From: a virus
Taxonomy: Duplodnaviria > Caudoviricetes
DNA length: 50,221 nt
Reading direction: 5' to 3' (one strand)
IMG/VR virus record: IMGVR_UViG_3300038393_000928
Span: 1-50,221 of that record
Part shown: one piece after another, positions 36,000 through 44,563 of the stretch
Layout of the letters: each line of letters starts with the position of its first letter
How positions within the stretch are numbered: the stretch's first letter is position 1
Notes under the pieces: generated by a model
What the model was told of the DNA's origin: nothing
What the model saw: only the letters and a program-made list of their open reading frames with translations
Databases searched by the model: none
Made by a program: the position numbers and the translations under genes

Positions 36000-36025
36000 G
36001 CGGCGTCTCTCGACGGCGCGGATGG
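36000..36025 (-). repeat. 26-bp GAGA-tetraloop hairpin repeat, copy upstream of scaffold gene
   Basis: Identical to 34858-34883. Confidence 0.9.
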
Positions 36026-36195
36026 CCCGCCTTGCTTGGCCTAGCGGGTTGTTTCTGTTAGGCTCTCAGGGCTGCGGCGGCGCTGATGGAAGCGCATGGG
36101 AAACGCGAACAGGCCTCCATGGACGGAGGATGCTGCGCGACACGACCCCGAAGGCCAAGGGGAGCTGGTTTCAAGTCCAGCCCGCAGTAATTTCA

Positions 36196-36339
36196 TCAGG
36201 CGTTCGGGTTGCCGTTCAGGCGCTCGCGCACGATCCAGGCGATGGCGCGGGCCTTGTCCTTGAAGCCTGTCTTGATGGTCGTTCCAGTGGCCGCGTCGAA
36301 CACGAACCATTCGCCCGAGGGCTGGAAGCTGGTGTTCAT
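36196..36339 (-). CDS. Small hypothetical protein (not in ORF track)
   Basis: MNTSFQPSGEWFVFDAATG...; 47 aa. Confidence 0.55.
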   Translation of the reverse strand: MNTSFQPSGEWFVFDAATGTTIKTGFKDKARAIAWIVRERLNGNPNA

Positions 36340-36342
36340 GCG

Positions 36343-37176
36343 CTAACGGAACCTCCGCTCGCGCTGCATCCGCATCAGCGTGTGGCGCGGCGTCTCGCCC
36401 GGCTTCATCTCGTAAGAGCAACCGAGCGTTCCGCCCTTCCAAGAACCGGCGCGAGAGCCGACTTCATCCGAAAACCGAATGTCGATGGTTTCGACCGGCC
36501 CCCGCAAGCGCTTCTGCACCTCTCGGAGATAGTCGCTCACCCGCGCTCGCCGCGGACGCTTCACGCGCCCCAGCGCCGCCATGTGCGTACTTTCGCCGAA
36601 CCACTTCCACACCGGCCAATGACGCTCACGGGTCACCGTCGCCGTGACGTGCTGGACCTCTCCGTTGTCGAGCATGTAGTGGTAGGGATACTCGGCGCTC
36701 CAGCGCGGCGCTTCCGCTCCGTCCTCACGCCAAAGCCGGGGGCGCCACTCTCCGACGGCGTCCAGGTACTCGTTGAAAATGTATCGCCGCTGCCACGGGA
36801 AATTGACGATCTTGCAGCGTCGGCCCCAATTGAGATGAACGTCGGTCGCGTGCAGCGAGAAGCCATAACGCGGGCTCTCGATGCTGTTCACCCCTCCGCA
36901 GATCGCCCTGTCGAGCACCGGCAACCGGATGAAGACCTGAGCTAGGCCGACTGCGACCTGGAGATGGGCCGTTTCGTATCCGCCGAGGCGGATCCCAATG
37001 CCGCACCTGCCGAAGCTCAACTCGCCCCAGCGCAGGCGGTAGCTTCCACGGTCTGCGTAGTGCGTCTTCGGCCCCCCGATCAATCGCAGCCAAAGGGGGC
37101 TACGTCTCCACCCTTCGCACCACGCGGCTTGCTCTAGGCGAATGCCTTCAATCGTCTCGGTCGGAGCGAGGTCCAT
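36343..37176 (-). CDS. Hypothetical Trp/Arg-rich protein inserted in head operon
   Basis: Likely start MDLAPTE; FSDEVG.R.GSWKGGT.GC C-terminus. Confidence 0.7.
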   Translation of the reverse strand: MDLAPTETIEGIRLEQAAWCEGWRRSPLWLRLIGGPKTHYADRGSYRLRWGELSFGRCGIGIRLGGYETAHLQVAVGLAQVFIRLPVLDRAICGGVNSIESPRYGFSLHATDVHLNWGRRCKIVNFPWQRRYIFNEYLDAVGEWRPRLWREDGAEAPRWSAEYPYHYMLDNGEVQHVTATVTRERHWPVWKWFGESTHMAALGRVKRPRRARVSDYLREVQKRLRGPVETIDIRFSDEVGSRAGSWKGGTLGCSYEMKPGETPRHTLMRMQRERRFR

Positions 37177-37228
37177 GGTTGATCCGATCCGGCGACCAGA
37201 GCGGCCGGTGCGCTTGCGGCGAGGGCCG

Positions 37229-37702
37229 CTATCGGCCGAAGCCGAACTTCCGGCCTTTCGGCAGAACCACGCGGTTCGGGGCGCCATACGTCCCGTCCTC
37301 GCGCTTGCCGTTCTCGAAAGCCTGGAAATAGTTGAGGATGTCATCCGCCGAGTGATAGCGGTCAAAGGTAGGCGGCGCCGTGTAGGTCCACGTCTGATCG
37401 GGCGACTGTTCCCATTGGCCCGGAGGGTTTTGCGGGCTGGCGTAGATGGAGCCGTCCGAAAAGGTGATGTGGTTCGGCTTCTTCCAGGTATCAGGCAGAT
37501 GACCGTTCCCGGCCGCTTGCGCATTTGCCTTCCACGCGCCGCGAAGGTCGTAGTCACGCGTATTCTGTAGGTCGCTCGGCAGGCTGTCCCGCCAGGCCTG
37601 AAACGCAGTTTCCTCGCTAGGCGTCAGCGCAGTGTTGTAGTTCTCAGTTTGGTCGCTTGGATTCCGGCGTTGCGGCGGCCGTTTTCCAAAGCCGAACGCC
37701 AC
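37229..37702 (-). CDS. Hypothetical protein with FGFG at both termini
   Basis: GTG 1 nt after portal stop; YNT.LT..EE..FQ.W...DYDLRG...H.PDT.KKPNH.TFS. Confidence 0.7.
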   Translation of the reverse strand: MAFGFGKRPPQRRNPSDQTENYNTALTPSEETAFQAWRDSLPSDLQNTRDYDLRGAWKANAQAAGNGHLPDTWKKPNHITFSDGSIYASPQNPPGQWEQSPDQTWTYTAPPTFDRYHSADDILNYFQAFENGKREDGTYGAPNRVVLPKGRKFGFGR

Positions 37703-37703
37703 G

Positions 37704-39890
37704 TTAGGCCGCCATCGCTGGCGTTGGCCCGCCCTGGTCGTCGCCCGCTGGCGACCCCATGCGCTGGGCCAACATCGCCGCGAGTTGTTCCGGCGGCGCG
37801 CCCTGCCCGGCCGCCTCAAGGATGTCCGGGCTGTTGAAGAGCTGCGCCAGGGATTGGCTGATCACCGCCTCCATAGCCGCCGGATCATACGACGCGCCCT
37901 TGGGGATCACAGCTTTCAAGCGGTTGGTCTCGGCATTGTAAGCATCGATCTCGACCTTGCGTCCCTCGACCGACTTATCCGCCTTCAGAGCCTCGTTCTC
38001 GCCCTTCAGTTGCCCGATGACCTGGGCCATCTTCTGGATCTGCGCCTTGGCCGCTTCTGCCTCTGGGCTCTCGCCCTGAAGCTGCGCGGGCAGCATCGCT
38101 TTCAGTCGCTCGGCCACCTCATCAGCGCCCGGCCAATCGAGGTTCTTCGCCAACAGGTCCCCGATCAGCGGGGCGGCCTGCGGGTAGGCGCGAATGAACT
38201 CGATCATCTGGTTCGCCGCTTCTTCTCGGCGGCTGGTGAAACTCGGGCCGGCGGTCACGGTGAGGTCGTACTTGCCGACGTCCAGGCTGTAGATGCGGGC
38301 CACCTCGGCGGCCTCTTCCATGCCCTCGGGCTGTTTGGCCTGCTCTTGCTCTGCCATGGACTTCGGAGCAACGCGAACCGTCGCAACGTCACCGTTCGGC
38401 CCCAGGATGCGGGCGACGCGCGGCGTAGCGTAAACCTTCGGGATCAGGTCCAGCAGGATGCGTCCTGCGTGGCGGATGGAGCGCGACAGGTTGTCGATGT
38501 AGTGGAACGTGCCGACGTCGCCCTCGCGCTGGCGCGCCATGATCGCGCGGCCTGAGGTCTCGTTGCTGCGAGCGCCCAACGAGGCGTCGTAGAGCCCCAG
38601 GATCGCCTTCATGTCGTCCGAGGCGTTCAGGGCCTCTTGCAGCGCTCCGGCCGGAACCCCCGCGAACGGCTGCCGCTGGGGACCGACGGCGTCCGACTGA
38701 CCCTCAGGAACGTCGTACTCGATATAGGCGTGGCTCTGCGTGTTCGCCGTCGCCCACTTGGCCTGGTCGGTTTCGAACATGCCGACACGACCGATGAACG
38801 GAGCTTTGGGCGCCAGCGCAACAAGTTCAGTCGACGTCGTGCGCCAGTAGTTGAACTGCCGTTGAGCGTCCATCGCCGAGCGGACCAGGCCGGACAGATG
38901 GCGCTGCCCCTCGATGTTCAGGTCTTCGCCATACACCGGGACGATGGGAATCCACTTGCCCGCCCACGGATTGGTCTCAAGCACGTTTGCGCCCGACAGG
39001 ATGCGCTGCTCAACGCTGTGGCTGGGCACGTCGCGGGGCTGGCCGACGACCTCATAACCCAGCGCGTCGAACAGTTCCTTTTGCGCCTTGTAGACCGCCT
39101 CCTCGATGATCATGCTCTCGGGGAGAGCCTGACCGATCTGGGCTCGCTCTTCGTCGGTCAGCGGGCGCGTGGGGCGAAGCGCGAGAATGCGGCGCTTGGT
39201 CTCCGTCCGAACCCACTGATAGGCGATCTGGATGTTGTCGCTGTCGCCGGCGGCCCCAGACTTGCGGGCGAGGCCGTTGGCGTCGAAGCTTACCGCTTCG
39301 GCATCCTTCCAGCGACGCTCGAACGCGCTCCGGCGCATGTTCTCGACTTCGAACGCGATGTTCCAGTCAGACGAGTCCGCGGCGGTCGTGTCGGGGTCCG
39401 GGATGATGCTGAACGCATTCGACACCGGCTCGATAACGATGTCCTGTTCGAAGCCGTCTTCCGTGGCGTAGCGGGTGTTGATCTTGAAGAAGCCGAAGCC
39501 GCCCGTGGCGCTGTGGTCGATGGCGGTGTCATAGGCCACGTCAGCGTCGCTGGACTGCTCGATGTGGCGGATAAGACCGTCATAGACCTCCGCCGTCTCC
39601 GGATCGCTCTCGTCGTCTACGGGATGGACGGTGATCGACGGCTTGTTCTGGCGGGCGTCGTTGACGACCTGGCGAATGAAGGCCGGGAGTTTGTTGATGG
39701 TCAGGCACGGACGGCCTTCAAGGTCGCGTTGCTTGCGGACCTTCTCGGGCCACTGCTCACCCAGGCGGGCGAAGCGGAAATCCTCCAGGGCGCGGTTGTA
39801 GTTCTCGCTCCACGCCTCGTTCGCGCGGGCGAACTCCGCCTTGGCGTCTTCGAGCTCGTCGTCTTCGCGGGAGGTGTCAGCGCCGGCCAT
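37704..39890 (-). CDS. Portal protein (P22-like)
   Basis: G.QW......R....RPCLTINKL...SNETSG.AI.ARQ.EGD. Confidence 0.92.
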   Translation of the reverse strand: MAGADTSREDDELEDAKAEFARANEAWSENYNRALEDFRFARLGEQWPEKVRKQRDLEGRPCLTINKLPAFIRQVVNDARQNKPSITVHPVDDESDPETAEVYDGLIRHIEQSSDADVAYDTAIDHSATGGFGFFKINTRYATEDGFEQDIVIEPVSNAFSIIPDPDTTAADSSDWNIAFEVENMRRSAFERRWKDAEAVSFDANGLARKSGAAGDSDNIQIAYQWVRTETKRRILALRPTRPLTDEERAQIGQALPESMIIEEAVYKAQKELFDALGYEVVGQPRDVPSHSVEQRILSGANVLETNPWAGKWIPIVPVYGEDLNIEGQRHLSGLVRSAMDAQRQFNYWRTTSTELVALAPKAPFIGRVGMFETDQAKWATANTQSHAYIEYDVPEGQSDAVGPQRQPFAGVPAGALQEALNASDDMKAILGLYDASLGARSNETSGRAIMARQREGDVGTFHYIDNLSRSIRHAGRILLDLIPKVYATPRVARILGPNGDVATVRVAPKSMAEQEQAKQPEGMEEAAEVARIYSLDVGKYDLTVTAGPSFTSRREEAANQMIEFIRAYPQAAPLIGDLLAKNLDWPGADEVAERLKAMLPAQLQGESPEAEAAKAQIQKMAQVIGQLKGENEALKADKSVEGRKVEIDAYNAETNRLKAVIPKGASYDPAAMEAVISQSLAQLFNSPDILEAAGQGAPPEQLAAMLAQRMGSPAGDDQGGPTPAMAA

Positions 39891-40132
39891 TAGGCAGCGT
39901 TCCTCAGCGCCGGATAGAGACGCTCCGCATTGTCGGCCAGCCAAGCGGGGATATCCGTCAGTTGATCGCGCTGGAAGTCGGCCTCAGCCCGGACGCCGTT
40001 CATGTCGTCGCCGATCCAGACCGACCAACCGCCATCCCAGAAGGATTGCAGGCCGCAGTTGATCTCATGCGCGTAGAGAGCGCCCAGAACGGTTTCGAGG
40101 GCGCAGTCGCGGATGGTTCGATCCCAACGCAT
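39890..40132 (-). CDS. Hypothetical protein
   Basis: Coupled ORF between terL and portal. Confidence 0.6.
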   Translation of the reverse strand: MRWDRTIRDCALETVLGALYAHEINCGLQSFWDGGWSVWIGDDMNGVRAEADFQRDQLTDIPAWLADNAERLYPALRNAA

Positions 40133-40335
40133 CAGGCGGCCCTCGGCGTCAGGGCAAATCGCTCACGGCTCGAAATCGCCCAGTAGTCCGCGACGCGACG
40201 CGCATCCTTCCGCAGCAGGCGCTTAGCCCTCGTGGCCGAGCGCAGGTGACGCGCTCTCTTCTTCGGTTCACGCCGAGCCAGACGACGGGACTCTTCGATG
40301 ATCCGCTGCAGGATGGCGATTTCGAACAAAGTCAT
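40132..40335 (-). CDS. Basic hypothetical protein
   Basis: Coupled ORF. Confidence 0.55.
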   Translation of the reverse strand: MTLFEIAILQRIIEESRRLARREPKKRARHLRSATRAKRLLRKDARRVADYWAISSRERFALTPRAA

Positions 40336-40691
40336 TACGCCTGCCCCTCCACTTCCATCTGCCGCATGATCGAAGCCGTCACGATCTCGCCCACCCGCTT
40401 GACCAAGGTGCGGATCGCCTCAATCACCGGCGCCAGCGGCACGGCCTGTCCAGCCGCCACCAGTTCGTCGGCCCACGTCGAAGCTTGCTCGGGCAACAGA
40501 CGCCGGAGTCGCTCCCCGTCCCACACCGCGACCATCAACGGGCCATCGTCGGGATGGACCAGGCCGAGCACCAGACCGTAAGCCTCGAGGTCCACTTGCT
40601 CGCTCAGCATTCCGGGCGGCGGCATCGTGAAGTCGGGCGGATCGAACTTGGCCGCGCGCTTGGCGATGCGCTGGTGTGAGGCTCGGGTCAT
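40335..40691 (-). CDS. Hypothetical protein
   Basis: ATGA coupled to terL. Confidence 0.6.
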   Translation of the reverse strand: MTRASHQRIAKRAAKFDPPDFTMPPPGMLSEQVDLEAYGLVLGLVHPDDGPLMVAVWDGERLRRLLPEQASTWADELVAAGQAVPLAPVIEAIRTLVKRVGEIVTASIMRQMEVEGQA

Positions 40692-42181
40692 GACATCCAT
40701 CCGCCAGCGCCGATGTGCGGCTTGGGCTTCGGCTTCTCCACCGGGGCGTTCGGCTCTGGCGCTGTCGCCCCCGTTCGGAGCGCATCGGAAGGGTGGGAGG
40801 CCCAGTCGTGCCGGGGTTTAGACCCCCAAACGCCCCGCTCCTCGATCCATTCCTTGCGGTAGTTCTTCAGCGCCTTGATGCCGTCTGCGCACTTCTTCTC
40901 GTCGAAATAGGCGCGCGGCAGGAGGTTCCGAACGACATCGATCCCATCGGCGACGGGAAGTTGCGGCGCAACGATCCAAGGCTTTAGGCCCAGCGCCACC
41001 GCCGTCTCGACGCGGCTTTTGCCGGTGTTCAGTTCGCGGATGTTGCTGTCGTGCGGCCCGATGTGTCGGGAGTAGAGGTAAGGCTTGTCAGAAATGACCT
41101 TGGCGTAGTGCGGCAGGCCCTCGCCCGAGTTGGCGTAGTAGTCGATGAACCGAACCTCGCGCTTGAACCGCTGCACGAACCAGATGGACATTTCGTCGTC
41201 CATCCCTAGGTCCCACCAGGTCTCCACCGGAAGCTGTGGCTCGTGGGGAACCCGGCCGATCCGCCCGTCAATCTCCGCCGCCGCGATCTGTGCGGCGTAG
41301 AACGCGCCCTCAACCGAGGCCTCGAAGGCCTCCTTCGGTGTGGACGGATACTCGCGCTTCATGTCGTCGAGCTGCGTCTCCGCCTTCTTCGTGTACCAGG
41401 CGCGCTGGCCGGCGGTGAGCGTCTGGCCGACCACCGCTTCAACCTCGGCGAAATACTTCTCCATGCTGGGCGGGATCACCACCCCCTCGGGGTCCATAGT
41501 GTAGGTCGGCTCCCGCCACCACGGGAAGAAGTGGAACTTCCAATCCAGCGACGTCAGCTTTGAGCCCAACCGCTGCTTGGCCTGCGCTTCCTCGCACATG
41601 TCGAAGAAGCGCCCCTCCTGCCCCTCCGCGGTGCTCTCGATGAAGGCCATCTGACCTTGCTCGATGGTGTTGAGCGCCCCCGTCACGATCTCGCGGGCCT
41701 TGTGGGGGAACCGCGCGCAGATCTTCCCGAACTCTGAGATGTGCAGATACTGCAGCGTTCCGCCGCGGAGGCTGGTCCCGACGCGGATCAGGCTGTTGTT
41801 CGCCAGTTCCAGCGTTGTTGTGTTGTCCCGCTTGATCGGGTTCGACGCTTTGATCTGGTCCGGTAGGTTGTCGTACGCGTACTTGATCTTGTCGCGGAAG
41901 ATCGCCTCCGCGTCGTCCTTCGTGTGCGCAATCACCCCCGCCCGAGTGTCGGGGAAGAACACGCAGGCATCGAGCATGTAGATCTCGATGAAGGTCGTGA
42001 ACCCGAGCTGGCGCGCCTTCAGCACCAGGTTCAGGAAATGCATCTGGTCGAGAAGCTCCTCCTGCGCCCAGTTCATCTGGAAGCGCTGGCGGACACCCTC
42101 CTTGTCGGTGATCCAGTAGAGATTGTTGAGGCGCCAGCGATGATCGCTGAAGCTCTCAAGAACCTGGGCGGGGACGGCCAT
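40688..42181 (-). CDS. terL: Terminase large subunit
   Basis: LKARQLGFTT Walker A, LHISE Walker B, ESTAEG, WDLG.DD nuclease, HDWASH..DA. Confidence 0.95.
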   Translation of the reverse strand: MAVPAQVLESFSDHRWRLNNLYWITDKEGVRQRFQMNWAQEELLDQMHFLNLVLKARQLGFTTFIEIYMLDACVFFPDTRAGVIAHTKDDAEAIFRDKIKYAYDNLPDQIKASNPIKRDNTTTLELANNSLIRVGTSLRGGTLQYLHISEFGKICARFPHKAREIVTGALNTIEQGQMAFIESTAEGQEGRFFDMCEEAQAKQRLGSKLTSLDWKFHFFPWWREPTYTMDPEGVVIPPSMEKYFAEVEAVVGQTLTAGQRAWYTKKAETQLDDMKREYPSTPKEAFEASVEGAFYAAQIAAAEIDGRIGRVPHEPQLPVETWWDLGMDDEMSIWFVQRFKREVRFIDYYANSGEGLPHYAKVISDKPYLYSRHIGPHDSNIRELNTGKSRVETAVALGLKPWIVAPQLPVADGIDVVRNLLPRAYFDEKKCADGIKALKNYRKEWIEERGVWGSKPRHDWASHPSDALRTGATAPEPNAPVEKPKPKPHIGAGGWMS

Positions 42182-42620
42182 TCGAAGCCACGGCTTCCAT
42201 CAGGGCGGCGAACGGGTTGTTTCCGTCCGGATCAGTGACGACGGTTTCGTGCCGGTCGCGCCAGACTTCCTTGCGGCGGTTCTTCAGCCAGAAGATGCCC
42301 GCGGTCGTATCCGGCGGGTAATGCTCGGTGAACGGCACTTGCGTAATCTCGCCGCTAGCCGAGACGTGGATCTTCACAGCGTCGTGCTGGTAACCAACGG
42401 CCCGGCGATAGAGCGATTGCTCCACCCGGTCGTCCGCCTGTTCCTTGCCCACCTTTAGGGACTCGCAAAACTCCGCGTGCTCGTGCTTCCAACGATGAAG
42501 CGTCGCTTCGTTCACGCCGAAGAAGTCGGCCGCCTCTCGGTCGGTAGCGCCTAGCGCCGCCAGCTTTCGGGCCTGCTCGATGAACTCGGGCTTGAACTTG
42601 CTGGGCCTGCCGCCGGCCAT
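42156..42620 (-). CDS. terS: Terminase small subunit
   Basis: GRPSKF...GATD.E.A.FFGV...TL.RWK..H.EF...PPDT.A.IFWLKNR. Confidence 0.9.
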   Translation of the reverse strand: MAGGRPSKFKPEFIEQARKLAALGATDREAADFFGVNEATLHRWKHEHAEFCESLKVGKEQADDRVEQSLYRRAVGYQHDAVKIHVSASGEITQVPFTEHYPPDTTAGIFWLKNRRKEVWRDRHETVVTDPDGNNPFAALMEAVASNGRPRPGS

Positions 42621-42922
42621 CACGCCACCCTCGGCCAGTGCAGATCGATGCGGCAACGGCCGCCTTCGCGCACTTCAGTCCACCCAGCCGGGCCGTCATC
42701 GCGCTCCGCGGCGCTCCTCGCCAGCACGGACCACGCTATCCGCCGCTCTTCCTCAGTTGGCGACGGCGTCGAGAGACGAACGCTCATCGTGTCGCTGTCG
42801 GCCGGCGCCATGCTCAAGTAGGGGAGCGACCTGGGATTGATCCGGGCCTCGGCCGCGTCGAGCTTCCGAAGCTCTACCTCCATAGCGTGGAGATCCGCAG
42901 GCAGTTCGCTGGCGTCAGCCAT
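42620..42922 (-). CDS. Hypothetical protein
   Basis: TGATG coupled to terS. Confidence 0.6.
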   Translation of the reverse strand: MADASELPADLHAMEVELRKLDAAEARINPRSLPYLSMAPADSDTMSVRLSTPSPTEEERRIAWSVLARSAAERDDGPAGWTEVREGGRCRIDLHWPRVA

Positions 42923-43124
42923 GGTTGCCCCCTTCGCGAGTTCCTTGCGGATTGTTCGCTGGGCTGGAGTGTTGATGTCCTCGGGATCGAGGTTGTGGGG
43001 ATCGCCCGTCGCGGTGACGGCTGGCAGGAATGCAACGGAGGCTAGGTCAGTGTTCCGGTCGGGCGAAGATGGAGCCGCTTGCCAGTCAAGGCCGCCCGAA
43101 GGCGTCGCGGCGTGAGCTCGTTAG

Positions 43125-43340
43125 TCAGTTGGTCTCTCTGGACGCGGGCTCGAGGTCTTCAATGTCCGGATCGAGCGCGTAGCCGTTGCGGCTGGCGTAC
43201 TCGGCGGACAGTTCCTGAATTGCCGCGTCGTTGCGTTCGAAAACCTGAGCAGTCCAGTGCTTCATGCGATGGCAGTAGACGGCGGCGGCTTCCAACTCCT
43301 CGTTGGATAGCTCTTGTGGCCTCTTGCCGTCGTAGAGCAT
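43125..43340 (-). CDS. Hypothetical protein
   Basis: GGAGG RBS. Confidence 0.6.
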   Translation of the reverse strand: MLYDGKRPQELSNEELEAAAVYCHRMKHWTAQVFERNDAAIQELSAEYASRNGYALDPDIEDLEPASRETN

Positions 43341-43355
43341 GGCGACCTCCGCCGC

Positions 43356-43397
43356 GGTGTAACACCTATTGGCGGCGAGCGAAGGCGGTGTTACACC
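43356..43397. promoter_or_regulatory. Two palindromic operators GGTGTWACACC between divergent genes
   Basis: GGTGTAACACC 43356-43366; GGTGTTACACC 43387-43397. Confidence 0.75.
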
Positions 43398-43403
43398 TTC
43401 TGT

Positions 43404-43556
43404 ATGCCCACGAAGAAGCCGCGCGTCTACCTGACGCTCAGTCCCGAGCTGCTAGAGCTTGTCGATCAGATCGCCGCCGCCGAGGGGAAAACCCGACAGT
43501 GGGTGATCCGCGCCGGCATCCGCGAGCTCGCCAAGAAGAAGGGCCACGTTAAGTGA
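43404..43556 (+). CDS. RHH/CopG-like regulator (moron)
   Basis: MPTKKPRVYLTLSPELLELVDQIAAAEGKTRQWVIRAGI. Confidence 0.75.
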   Translation: MPTKKPRVYLTLSPELLELVDQIAAAEGKTRQWVIRAGIRELAKKKGHVK

Positions 43557-43648
43557 CCCGCTCCGAACTCCACTACGCCGCCCTGGCCCTCGTGATGGCG
43601 GTTCTCGCCGGCTACTGCCTTGGGCTGCTGACCAGCGTATCAGTTGGC

Positions 43649-43924
43649 CTACCAAGGCTCCCAGTCCCCGCTAGCGCTCCACACGATCCTAGCCCGGATG
43701 GGCTCAGGCTTGGGATCATCTGGGGGAATAAGGTTGAGCCGGTCTAGGACGTAGAGCCAGGCTTGAGCTCTGTCCTTGTGGTTGGTGGAGATTACCCGCC
43801 AGCCAGGTTGTTCCTTATCCCAGCCTCGGAAGTTCCAGACGTTGAAGCCTCCGTTGAGGGAGGGCTTTACGGTGTAGGTTTGGGCTGTCTTCCGGGCCTC
43901 GGTGAGGAGGATATGGACCTTCAT
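43649..43924 (-). CDS. Hypothetical protein
   Basis: GGAGG RBS supplied by a repeat copy. Confidence 0.6.
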   Translation of the reverse strand: MKVHILLTEARKTAQTYTVKPSLNGGFNVWNFRGWDKEQPGWRVISTNHKDRAQAWLYVLDRLNLIPPDDPKPEPIRARIVWSASGDWEPW

Positions 43925-43961
43925 GGGTCCTCCCGGGAACTTTCACGTTCGACCTGTGGGC

Positions 43962-44171
43962 CTAGGTGGACGCGGGTTCCACCATCGTCTCAGTACCGTC
44001 GGCATGAATGGTGATCCGCCGACACCAGACGCACCCGGCCCGCATCGCAGCCTCAGCTTCATCCCCCTGAAGGCCACACACCGGCGGGCCTTGGCAGACG
44101 ATCACCTTGGGATCTTCATCCCCGAACCCAGCAGCGATCATATCGGGGAGAAGCGCTTCGGGTGGCCGCAC
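43962..44171 (-). CDS. Cys-containing hypothetical protein
   Basis: CQGPP.C...C.WC; GGAG RBS. Confidence 0.55.
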   Translation of the reverse strand: MRPPEALLPDMIAAGFGDEDPKVIVCQGPPVCGLQGDEAEAAMRAGCVWCRRITIHADGTETMVEPAST

Positions 44172-44244
44172 GTTTCGCTCCAGTTTGCAGGGCCTGGGTG
44201 ATGGCGCGGAACGCGCCCACGAAGGCTTCCCTGGGATGAACTAT

Positions 44245-44391
44245 TCAGGTCAGATACGGCTCCAGAAGCTTACGAAGCTCTGCGTTCTCTTTGTTGAGCT
44301 GATCGCATCGATACGCGAACAGCCAAGCTGCAAGGCCCAGCTTAGCCCCCAGAACACTAACCACGATAAGGGCTAGAGCTTCTTGGGACAT
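44245..44391 (-). CDS. Small TM plus coiled-coil protein (not in ORF track)
   Basis: MSQEALALIVVSVLGAKLGLAAWLFAYRCDQLNKENAELRKLLEPYLT; GAGG RBS. Confidence 0.6.
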   Translation of the reverse strand: MSQEALALIVVSVLGAKLGLAAWLFAYRCDQLNKENAELRKLLEPYLT

Positions 44392-44534
44392 GGGGACCTC
44401 GCACAGAGGTAGGGAAGCCCGCTCACCGACACGTGCGTAAAAGCGTCTGGCGCGATGAGTGCTGTTGTTCGGGGCGGGCTGTCTGGGAGAAATCGGCGAC
44501 CTGAACGCAAGGCCTCGACGATTTCATTTCGGTA

Positions 44535-44563
44535 GTTTTGGCACACCATCTTGTGTGCGTCAA
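44535..44563 (-). promoter_or_regulatory. Putative late promoter
   Basis: TTGACG...GCCAAAAC (Caulobacter sigma70-like) overlapping the stop of the upstream regulator, with internal GCACAC/GTGTGC inverted repeat. Confidence 0.45.

Noticed and set aside
36135-36205. Hammerhead ribozyme on minus strand (CTGATGA...GAAA...GTC)
   Set aside because: Stem II has only 2 bp and the other stems are weak; CTGATGA is explained by a stop/start overlap.
37177-37557. N-terminal extension of ORF 36343-37557
   Set aside because: It is out-of-frame overlap with the better ORF 37229-37702.
20854-39893. Long + strand ORFs antisense to structural genes (e.g. 20854-22011, 24979-26043, 33865-34896, 38637-39893)
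   Set aside because: Shadow ORFs expected from high GC3 codon bias; no recognisable motifs.
11835-43065. GACCGGAACAC shared between 11839 and about 43048-43058 (minus), with weak inverted look-alikes at 8483 and 9893
   Set aside because: Short and partly coding; cannot be distinguished from chance by eye.
44215-44241. Extra copy of the boundary repeat (CTTCCCTGGGATGAAC)
   Set aside because: Too degenerate to count without a PWM score.
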